64,000 bases of DNA from contig NC_091288.1 of the NCBI RefSeq assembly GCF_032444005.1, positions 217,186,001-217,250,000 on the forward strand, in the 5' to 3' direction. This document shows, piece by piece, positions 23,574-35,500 of the stretch. A program made the translations under genes and the position numbers. The notes under the pieces are model-generated. The model was not told the DNA's origin, did no database searches, and saw only the letters and a list, made by a program, of their open reading frames with translations. Every line of letters begins with the position of its first letter. Positions within the stretch are counted from its first letter, which is position 1. This stretch comes from Ranitomeya imitator. Lineage: Eukaryota.

Positions 23574-26500
23574 ATGGCCGGAATACTGGTGACCCCGAAA
23601 CAACGTGTGATACCGAGCCGCCCCCCAACCCGGCTGTCATCACCAGAGGACATCACAGACCCCCAGGAGCCGACCCCAGAGCCGAGCACCGAGGGGGAAC
23701 TGCAGCTGGAGAGAGAAATGTAAGATTATACCCCAGAGCTGCACTCACTATTCTGCTGGTGCAGTCACTGTGTACATACATTACATTACTGATCCTGAGT
23801 TACCTCCTGTATTATACTCCAGAGCTGCACTCACTATTCTGCTGGTGCAGTCACTGTGTACATACATTACATTACTGATCCTGAGTTATATCCTGTATTA
23901 TACCCCAGAGCTGCACTCACTATTCTGCTGGTGCAGTCACTGTGTACATACATTACATTACTGATCCTGAGTTATATCCTGTATTATACTCCAGAGCTGC
24001 ACTCACTGTTCTGCTGGTGCAGCCACTGTGTACATACATTACATTACTGATCCTGAGTTACATCCTGTATTATACCCCAGAGCTGCACTCACTATTCTGC
24101 TGGTGCAGTCACTGTGTACATACATTACATTACTGATCCTGAGTTACATCCTGTATTATACTCCAGAGCTGCACTCACTATTCTGCTGGTGCAGTCACTG
24201 TGTACATACATTACATTACTGATCCTGAGTTACATCCTGTATTATACAACAGAGCTGCACTCACTATTCTGCTGGTGCAGTCACTGTGTACATACATTAC
24301 ATTACTGATCCTGAGTTACATCCTGTATTATACAACAGAGCTGCACTCACTATTCTGCTGGTGCAGTCACTGTGTACATACATTACATTCCTGATCCTGA
24401 GTTACCTCCTGTATTATTCCCCAGAGCTGCACTCACTATTCTGCTGGTGCAGTCACTGTGTGCATACATTACATTACTGATCCTGAGTTACATCCTGTAT
24501 TATACCCCAGAGCTGCACTCACTATTCTGCTGGTGCAGTCACTGTGTGCATACATTACATTACTGATCCTGAGTTACATCCTGTATTATACCCCAGAGCT
24601 GCACTCACTATTCTGCTGGTGCAGTCACTGTGTGCATACATTACATTACTGATCCTGAGTTACATCCTGTATTATACCCCAGAGCTGCACTCACTATTCT
24701 GCTGGTGCAGTCACTGTGTGCATACATTACATTACTGATCCTGAGTTACATCCTGTATTATACCCCAGAGCTGCACTCACTATTCTGCTGGTGCAGTCAC
24801 TGTGTGCATACATTACATTACTGATCCTGAGTTACATCCTGTATTATACAACAGAGCTGCACTCACTATTCTGCTGGTGCAGTCACTGTGTACATACATT
24901 ACATTCCTGATCCTGAGTTACCTCCTGTATTATTCCCCAGAGCTGCACTCACTATTCTGCTGGTGCAGTCACTGTGTGCATACATTACATTACTGATCCT
25001 GAGTTACATCCTGTATTATACCCCAGAGCTGCACTCACTATTCTGCTGGTGCAGTCACTGTGTGCATACATTACATTACTGATCCTGAGTTACATCCTGT
25101 ATTATACCCCAGAGCTGCACTCACTATTCTGCTGGTGCAGTCACTGTGTGCATACATTACATTACTGATCCTGAGTTACATCCTGTATTATACCCCAGAG
25201 CTGCACTCACTATTCTGCTGGTGCAGTCACTGTGTGCATACATTACATTACTGATCCTGAGTTACATCCTGTATTATTCCCCAGAGCTGCACTCACTATT
25301 CTGCTGGTGCAGTCACTGTGTGCATACATTACATTACTGATCCTGAGTTACATCCTGTATTATACCCCAGAGCTGCACTCACTATTCTGCTGGTGCAGTC
25401 ACTGTGTACATACATTACATTACTGATCCTGAGTTACATCCTGTATTATACAACAGAGCTGCACTCACTATTCTGCTGGTGCAGTCACTGTGTACATACA
25501 TTACATTACTGATCCTGAGTTACATCCTGTATTATACTCCAGAGCTGCACTCACTATTCTGCTGGTGCAGTCACTGTGTACATACATTACATTACTGATC
25601 CTGAGTTACATCCTATATTATACCCCAGAGCTGCACTCACTATTCTGCTGGTGCAGTCACTGTGTACATACATTACATTACTGATCCTGAGTTACATCCT
25701 GTATTATACTCCAGAGCTGCACTCACTATTCTGCTGGTGCAGTCACTGTGTACATACATTACATTACTGATCCTGAGTTACATCCTGTATTATACTCCAG
25801 AGCTGCACTCACTATTCTGCTGGTGCATTCACTGTGTACATACATTACATTACTGATCCTGAGTTACATCCTGTATTATACCCCAGAGCTGCACTCACTA
25901 TTCTGCTGGTGCAGTCACTGTGTACATACATTACATTACTGATCCTGAGTTACATCCTTGTCACGATTCCCCTGACCGCTGTCACCACTGGGTCAGGATT
26001 CACACCGTGACCGTCACCCCTACGTCACGGATCAGGGTGACTTTAGGCCAACAGACGGCTATCACATGTGCAGGGGGGCTTATCTTAGTTATCCCTCCAC
26101 TGCTAACAATGTGATGAAAAACCACACACAAGGCTATTGACCTCTTAGTTTACAGCAGGGGCTTATTCTAGGTATCCCACTGCTTTTCTATATACCACGA
26201 ACTGCAGGGATTTATGTATATCCGCTTACAGTTCCACTTAACACTTGCAGCTCTCTGGCGCCCCCTTACTCTCAGGTCAGATTAGGTACTGCACCCTGGG
26301 TAATTAGTCGCCAGAAAGGCTGCCTGCTATGTACTGGCTATTGGGCACGCTGCAGCGACGCGATAACTACTCCCACACAGGCAGGAACAATAATTATCAA
26401 ACCCGCAGTTGCTTCAGCATAATCCAACCGTCAGCACACTTTCGCTGCCACCAGCTTCGATTAAACGGGTCCGAAGCTAACCCAACACAACAGTAACAGT

Positions 26501-29500
26501 AGCGTATTTTCCCTTCAAGAGACTTAGGGTACGGTTTAGAGCAGGAGAACGAACTAATATATAATAGTATATCCCATTCAAAATAACTAGGCAGTGCGTT
26601 ATTAAAAATAGTTTATAAAGATGTTATACATGAGACAATTGCAAATATGTACAAGGGTAATTATAACATAAAGGGAATAAATGAGAAACGATAACACTCA
26701 CATATTAAAAGCATTGCAGGCATCCAGGCTAGTGCAGTTTCCATACATCCCAGTCCATGGGATGTACTCAGCTCTTCCAGGACAATAGGACAAAGCAGTC
26801 CAGAAGGAGAAATCAGCAAAAAGTGACTCCTCAGAGCCTGCCAGACACTTAAAACATTAAGGCTGTGACATCACAGAAAGGCTGGCTTATCCAGACCCTC
26901 CTCTCTCTACATTCTGCCTAAACTTTAAACTATTCTCTCTAATTTCTATAACTTCACTACAAAACATGACAGAGTCATACCAAACCCATAATTCATCTCG
27001 GATTAACGTGAGCATTCTAATGAGATCAAATATGTCCTATCTGGGATACATATTTACAGAGAAAACCCTACTTCTTTACCAGATGGAGTTAGAAACTCGT
27101 GTTTCGCGGGTTGTGTAGATACATCGAGTGAGAATAAAAATATATATTTTCGTATTTCTAGCTTAAATCGTTTGCCTAATATCTAACAAAAACTAAACAA
27201 AGAATCTTTCATGAATTTTTGGAGCCACTTTTCCTTATAGCTGAACAAGAGCTTACACAGGAAATGCTAGTCGTAAATTCCGTTCGGCAATAAAACCTCT
27301 CTTCCCCCATACTCTCAGAGAAGGACAGCCAGGAATTTGCAGCTACAAACTGTTACTCCAAGAAGGGGGGCTTAGCCCACACAGGCTAGAGAACTACTTA
27401 TGATATTTCATACCATATCGTGACACCTCCCCCTTTTGGTGTGCGCTAGGGAGGTAGAACCCGACGGTATGCCTCCATGGGCACCTCAGTAGGTTCACCC
27501 TGGCGGGAGAGTCCATCTGCATTCCCATGCTCCCTGCCCGTTTTGTGTTCAATGGTGAAGTCAAACTGCTGAAGGGCAAGGCTCCAGCGTAGCAACCTGC
27601 CGTTGGTTCCACACATGGCGTTTAGCCAGCGAAGAGGGTTGTGGTCGGTCACCACAGTGAAAGTGTGACCATACAAGTAGGGCTGCAAGCGCTGCAGGGC
27701 CCAGACTATGGCCAGGCACTCCTTCTCAATTGTGGAGTAGGCCACTTCCCTCGGCAAAAGTTTCCGGCTCAGGTATAACACGGGGTGCTCTTGGTCCTCC
27801 GAGTCAACCTGGCTGAGCACAGCACCAAGGCCAAACTCGCTGGCGTCGGTCTGCACCAAGAACGGTCGACTGCTGTCGACTGCTTTCAACACAGGGGCGT
27901 TGCACAGTGCGGTTTTCAACGCCTGGAAGGCCCCCTCACAGCCATCTGTCCAGTTGACAATGTGAGGTAGCTTCTTCCTGGTGAGGTCCGTCAAAGGTTT
28001 TGCCAGGCTACTATAGTGCTTTACGAAGCGCCTATAGTACCCTGCAGTGCCCAAGAAGGACATCACCTGTTTCTTGGTCACGGGAGTGGGCCAGTTCACG
28101 ATCACTCCCACTTTGTCAGGCTCTGGCTTCAGGGTGTTCCCGCCTACCCGGTGCCCCAGGTAGTGAACCTCCCTCATGCCCATCTGACACTTTCCCGGCT
28201 TGATAGTCAGTCCTGCTTGGTGAATTCGCCTGAGCACCTCCTCGAGATGCTGCAGGTGTTCCTCCCAGGAGAGACTGAAGATGGCAATGTCATCCAAGTA
28301 CGCCACGGCGTACTTCTCCAGTCCCTGAAGCAGGAGGTTGACCATCCGCTGGAAAGTGGCAGGGGCATTCTTCATGCCGAAGGGCATGACCGTGGACTCG
28401 TACAGTCCAAAGGGTGTGATAAAGGCGGACTTTTCCTGCGCCTCGGGGCTCAGGGGAATCTGCCAGTATCCTCGACTCAGATTCATTATTGTTAGATAAT
28501 CTGCGACAGCTAACTTCTCAAGCAGGTCCTCCATGCGCGGCATTGGGTGCGCATCCGAGGCTGTGATGGCGTTGAGCCCCCTGTAGTCCACGCAGAACCG
28601 GGTGGTCCGGTCCTTCTTTGGCACGAGAACTACAGGTGATGCCCACGCGCTCTTTGACCGCCGAATCACCCCCAGCTGTAACATCTCATCGATCTCTTGA
28701 CGCATAGTCTGCTGCACCTGGTCAGAGATTCGATAGGGTGTTCGCCGTAGTGGGGCGTGATTCCCGGTGTCCACCTCGTGGACTGCTAACTCAGTCCTCC
28801 CAGGTCGGTTGGAGAACACGACCCGGAAAGGTTCCAGGGTGGTTTGCAACTGCACCCGCTGGGGTTCAGTTAACGAGGCGCTTACCTCCACATCCTCGAT
28901 GGACCCATTGGCCTTGGCTTGGGCCAGCAAGTCCAGGAGGGTGTCTTCCTCACCGTCTTCGGGCAAGCTGCAGACCGGTAGGACGAAAGGTTCACGTTCG
29001 TGATGAGCCTTCATCATGTTGACGTGAAAGGCCTTTCGCCTACCCCGAGCGTGGTCAAGCGTGACCACGTACGTGACCGGGTTGAGCTGTTGGTGGACGA
29101 CGTACGGGCCCTCCCAGGCTGCCTGAAGCTTATCCGTTGGTACGGGGACCAGCACCCACACCTTTTGACCCACGTGGTAGGTCCGCTCCCGGGCGTTCTG
29201 GTCGTACCAGTGCTTCTGATCAGCCTGAGCCTGCGTCATGTTGTCATGCACCAACTGCGTCAAGGTCTGCATCTTGTCACGGAAGCGCATGACATACTCC
29301 ACTATGGACACTTCAGAAGGGTTCGGCTCCTCTTCCCAGGATTCTCTTACCAACCCAAGGGGTCCCCGGACTCGCCTGCCGTACAGGAGCTCGAAGGGGG
29401 AGAACCCCGTTGAGGCCTGTGGAACCTCTCGGTAAGCGAACAGCAGGTGTGGGAGGTACCGCTCCCAGTCGCGCCCTTGAGTCTCAACCAGCATGCGTAG

Positions 29501-32500
29501 CATCTGTTTGAGGGTACCATTGAAGCGTTCACACAAGCCATTGGTCTGTGGGTGATACGCACTCGATACCAGGTGCTTAACCTGCATTCTCTTACAGAGA
29601 GCCTCCATTAGGCGAGACATAAATTGGGTCCCTTGATCAGTAAGCATTTCCCTGGGAAATCCTACACGTGAAAAGATGGCCAACAGGGCATCTGCCACCT
29701 TATCTGCCCTAGTTGAGGACAGAGCTACTGCCTCTGGGTACCGGGTAGCGTAGTCTACCACAGTAAGGATGTATTGCTTTCCAGAGCTGCTGGGGACGGC
29801 CAGCGGGCCCACAATGTCCACCGCGATCCTCTGGAAAGGCTCCTCTATCACTGGCAAAGGGATCAGGGGAGCCTTAAGAGCAGGCCCCGCCTTCCCCACT
29901 CTTTGACAGGTGACACAGGAGCGGCAGTAGTTTGACACATCTGTCCCCATCTTAGGCCAATAGAAGTGTTGAGACAGCCGGGCCTTAGTTTTGCTGATCC
30001 CCAAGTGTCCAGCTAGCGGGATCTCATGGGCAATCCGCAACAACTCACCCCGGAATTGCTGCGGGACGACCAGCTGTCTTTCCCTCAACCACTCCTTTTG
30101 TGATTCTCCGGGTACTGTCTCCCGGTACAACCTTCCTCGTTCCCAGAACACCTTCTCCTTATCAGTCTCGGAGAAGCGCGTCCCGGCGAGTTGTCTCAAA
30201 CTCTCTAGGCTCGCATCTGTGTGCAGAGCGGCCTGAAACTCCTGGCTAGGGGAAGCCAGAAGCGACGTCAGGGTCCCTTCCCCACGGGAACCCTCTTGGA
30301 CCTGCTCTGGGTCCACCTCTGGTTCAGTCACAGTGATGACTGAGGAGGGTCCGGAAGGCAGACAGTTATCTGCGTTCCGGGCACTCTGACTGCGGGTGAC
30401 AGCAGCTACATAGGCTGTCTCCCCGGGGGTTTCTACAGGCCCATCAGCCGGCGCTGCTATGGGCTTTACCTCCCCATCCACCCCCAACACTCCAGGGGCA
30501 GTGCTACTTATGGGCCAGTTACCTTCCTCGGTGGCACTGGTCACTTTCATGGCGTCACCTTCCTCACGGTTCCCATGCATCTCCCCATTTCCTGTAGCAC
30601 CGACACTTGCCCCTGTTAGGGGTTCCTCAGCCGTCTCACTCCGCAGAGCGACGTGGCTGGGCACGCCTGTACCTATGGACACATTAACCTTCACAGAAAA
30701 ATCATTATCAGGTTCCGCTGGCACAGGTACAACATTTTCACCCTCAATCCTAGGGAAAAAATGGTTATTAGATGCATCATTACAAGATAAAGCATGGTCA
30801 GGTAACACATGCGATTTCCCATCATCATCATCATCATCAGGGTTAACGTCACCCTTATTAGTAGATTGGGGAGGGGTGTCAGGGACGTAGTATGCAAACA
30901 TCCTCCCCAAATCAGTTCCCAACAAAACATCAGTGGGCAAATTATCCGACAGCCCCACTTCCTTCACCCCGCTCCCAGCACCCCAATCAATAAAAACCCG
31001 GGCCATCGGTAAGGGACAGCTGATGCCCCCAATCCCAGTGACAGTTAGGGTTTTCCCCGGAATGATTTCTTCAGGGGCCGCCAGTTCGGGTCGGATGAGG
31101 GTTCATTCAGCCCCGGTGTCCTTGAGGCCTGTAGCAACATGGCCTCCCACAGTGACGGGCTGTACGTTGTCACACACCCTCCCAACCACACCACCCACCA
31201 AAAGAACTGCTGCATTAGGCCCTGGGGCCTTGGCTGGGGGGTTCTTCGGCCTGTCTGGACAGAAGGTACTGATATGCCCAGGCCGCTTGCAGGTGTAACA
31301 CGCGCGAGGTTCGGTGGTAGGTCTGGTGCTGTTGGCCACAGGGCCAGGACCTCGGGTGTGTTGGCTGGCAGGGGTACTGGCGTTGGTTGCAGGCTTACCC
31401 CCTCTCCAGCTGGTGGTGACTGGCTTCCGCACTTCCGATCTACGGTTGGCCTCATAGGCATCGGCAATCTGCGCTGCTTTCGTCACGTCTTTGGGTTCTC
31501 TGTCCATCACGAACTGTCGCACCTCAGCTGGGCAAAGATGAAAGAACTGGTCTTTGATCATCAGGTCTCGCAGCTGCGCAAAGGTGGTCACTGACAGTCC
31601 TTGGGTCCACTGGTCAAAGTGGGTCCCCAGTCCATGCACCACATCACTGTAACTGTCGTGTGGGCCACGTTGGAGGGTCCGGAACTTTCTACGGTACACC
31701 TCGGGTGTAAGCTGGTACTTGGCTATCAGAGCCTTTTTGATGGCCTCATAGTCACCATCTTGTTCTTGAGGGAGGGCAGCAAACGCCTCCAGAGCTTTGC
31801 CTCTCAGCCCTGGTGTCAGGTATCGTGCCCATTCATCTGTAGGCAGCTGGTACTGCCTGCAGGCTTTCTCAAAGGCCCGCAGAAAAGTGTCCAAATCTCC
31901 GTCCTTCTCCATAACAGGAAAGTGATCAGGCCGGGGCTTCGGTGTCTGAGCGCTGCTAGGCTCACGGTTGGTCTGAGACAACCCCTGCATTTGCAGTCGG
32001 GCTAACTGCAGCTGGTACTCCCGCTCAGCTTGCCGCTCGGCTCGCTGGGCCTGTGCCTCTCTCTCAGCTCGGGCCTCTCTCTCGGCTTGCTGGGCCTGGG
32101 CCTCCTGCCGGTATTGCTGAATCAGCTGCCGACGTCCCTCATGGTCGTCAGTGGGGAATTCTTTCAAGGCCGCCTGCAGGTGAAGGTCCAATTCGCCCGG
32201 ATTGCTAACAGGGCCAGCATTCAGTGGTTGGACCTCTGCTGCAGCACCATGTTCGCTTGTGCTGGCTTCTGCGGCCTCTGAGCTCTGAGATTGGTCTCGA
32301 GCGGCTTCCCATTGCACCAGATCTGCGACCAGTTGGGCTTTGTTTTTGCTTGCAGAGTCAATGTGCTGTGACTTGCATAAGGCGACAAGGGTGTCTCTGG
32401 TCTGCTGCTCATAGAAGGTTTCTCCCAGCACAACCATGGTTGCCAAATAAAAGATAGGATAGAAAAACGAAGAGAAAGGGAGGGGATAATTACCAGTACG

Positions 32501-35500
32501 CAATTGTCTCACAACTAAAAAGCACTGAGTTCGTTCTCCAAACTTATTTGCGCAGAGTCCTCACAAGAACTTTCTGCAAGTTTTTAGTGAGAGGAATGAT
32601 TACTCAAACCAAATCACTAATGCTCTAAGATATCCCACCGCCTTGCCACCAATTTGTCACGATTCCCCTGACCGCTGTCACCACTGGGTCAGGATTCACA
32701 CCGTGACCGTCACCCCTACGTCACGGATCAGGGTGACTTTAGGCCAACAGACGGCTATCACATGTGCAGGGGGGCTTATCTTAGTTATCCCTCCACTGCT
32801 AACAATGTGATGAAAAACCACACACAAGGCTATTGACCTCTTAGTTTACAGCAGGGGCTTATTCTAGGTATCCCACTGCTTTTCTATATACCACGAACTG
32901 CAGGGATTTATGTATATCCGCTTACAGTTCCACTTAACACTTGCAGCTCTCTGGCGCCCCCTTACTCTCAGGTCAGATTAGGTACTGCACCCTGGGTAAT
33001 TAGTCGCCAGAAAGGCTGCCTGCTATGTACTGGCTATTGGGCACGCTGCAGCGACGCGATAACTACTCCCACACAGGCAGGAACAATAATTATCAAACCC
33101 GCAGTTGCTTCAGCATAATCCAACCGTCAGCACACTTTCGCTGCCACCAGCTTCGATTAAACGGGTCCGAAGCTAACCCAACACAACAGTAACAGTAGCG
33201 TATTTTCCCTTCAAGAGACTTAGGGTACGGTTTAGAGCAGGAGAACGAACTAATATATAATAGTATATCCCATTCAAAATAACTAGGCAGTGCGTTATTA
33301 AAAATAGTTTATAAAGATGTTATACATGAGACAATTGCAAATATGTACAAGGGTAATTATAACATAAAGGGAATAAATGAGAAACGATAACACTCACATA
33401 TTAAAAGCATTGCAGGCATCCAGGCTAGTGCAGTTTCCATACATCCCAGTCCATGGGATGTACTCAGCTCTTCCAGGACAATAGGACAAAGCAGTCCAGA
33501 AGGAGAAATCAGCAAAAAGTGACTCCTCAGAGCCTGCCAGACACTTAAAACATTAAGGCTGTGACATCACAGAAAGGCTGGCTTATCCAGACCCTCCTCT
33601 CTCTACATTCTGCCTAAACTTTAAACTATTCTCTCTAATTTCTATAACTTCACTACAAAACATGACAGAGTCATACCAAACCCATAATTCATCTCGGATT
33701 AACGTGAGCATTCTAATGAGATCAAATATGTCCTATCTGGGATACATATTTACAGAGAAAACCCTACTTCTTTACCAGATGGAGTTAGAAACTCGTGTTT
33801 CGCGGGTTGTGTAGATACATCGAGTGAGAATAAAAATATATATTTTCGTATTTCTAGCTTAAATCGTTTGCCTAATATCTAACAAAAACTAAACAAAGAA
33901 TCTTTCATGAATTTTTGGAGCCACTTTTCCTTATAGCTGAACAAGAGCTTACACAGGAAATGCTAGTCGTAAATTCCGTTCGGCAATAAAACCTCTCTTC
34001 CCCCATACTCTCAGAGAAGGACAGCCAGGAATTTGCAGCTACAAACTGTTACTCCAAGAAGGGGGGCTTAGCCCACACAGGCTAGAGAACTACTTATGAT
34101 ATTTCATACCATATCGTGACAATCCTGTATTATACTCCAGAGCTGCACTCACTATTCTGCTGGTGCAGTCACTGTGTACATACATTACATTACTGATCCT
34201 GAGTTACCTCCTGTATTATACCCCAGAGCTGCACTCACTATTCTGCTGGTGCAGTCACTGTGTACATACATTACATTACTGATCCTGAGTTACCTCCTGT
34301 ATTATACCCCAGAGCTGCACTCACTATTCTGCTGGTGCAGTCACTGTGTACATACATTACATTACTGATCCTGAGTTACCTCCTGTATTATACCCCAGAG
34401 CTGCACTCACTATTCTGCTGGTGCAGTCACTGTGTACATACATTACATTACTGATCCTGAGTTACCTCCTGTATTATACCCCAGAGCTGCACTCACTATT
34501 CTGCTGGTGCAGTCACTGTGTACATACATTACATTACTGATCCTGAGTTACATCCTGTATTATACTCCAGAGCTGCACTCACTATTCTGCTGGTGCAGTC
34601 ACTGTTTACATACATTACATTACTGATCCTGAGTTACCTCCTGTATTATACTCCAGAGCTGCACTCACTATTCAGCTGGTGCAGTCACTGTGTACATACA
34701 TTACATTACTGATCCTGAGTTACCTCCTGTATTATACCCCAGAGCTGCACTCACTATTCTGCTGGTGCAGTCACTGTGTACATACATTACATTACTGATC
34801 CTGAGTTACATCCTGTATTATACCCCAGAGCTGCGCTCACTATTCTGCTGGTGCAGTCACTGTGTACATACATTACATTACTGATCCTGAGTTACATCCT
34901 GTATTATACCCCAGAGCTGCACTCACTATTCTGCTGGTGCAGTCACTGTGTACATACATTACTGATCCTGAGTTACATCCTGTATTATACTCCAGAGCTG
35001 CACTCACTATTCAGCTGGTGCAGTCACTGTGTACATACATTACATTACTGATCCCGAGTTACCTCCTGTATTATACCCCAGAGCTGCACTCACTATTCTG
35101 CTGGTGCAGTCACTGTGTACATACATTACATTACTGATCCTGAGTTACATCCTGTATTATACCCCAGAGCTGCGCTCACTATTCTGCTGGTGCAGTCACT
35201 GTGTACATACATTACATTACTGATCCTGAGTTACATCCTGTATTATACCCCAGAGCTGCACTCACTATTCTGCTGGTGCAGTCACTGCGTACATACATTA
35301 CATTACTGATCCTGAGTTACATCCTGTATTATACCCCAGAGCTGTACTCACTATTCAGCTGGTGCAGTCACTGTGTACATACATTACATTACTGATCCTG
35401 AGTTACCTCCTGTATTATACCCCAGAGCTGCACTCACTATTCTGCTGGTGCAGTCACTGTGTACATACATTACATTACTGATCCTGAGTTACATCCTGTA

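Larger units (their letters stand above)
25959..34121 (-). mobile_element. Full-length Gypsy-superfamily LTR retrotransposon of Gmr1-like organisation (gag-PR-INT-RT-RH), 8163 bp
   Basis: LTRs 25959-27425 and 32655-34121 (1467 bp each, TG...CA, no difference seen by eye); 5-bp TSD ATCCT (25954-25958, 34122-34126); PPT at 27426-27437; tRNA-Leu-like PBS at 32632-32651. Confidence 0.97.

Noticed and set aside
31095-31110. Programmed frameshift between gag and pol
   Set aside because: gag and pol are in the same frame; the break is an in-frame TGA, and no slippery site was seen.
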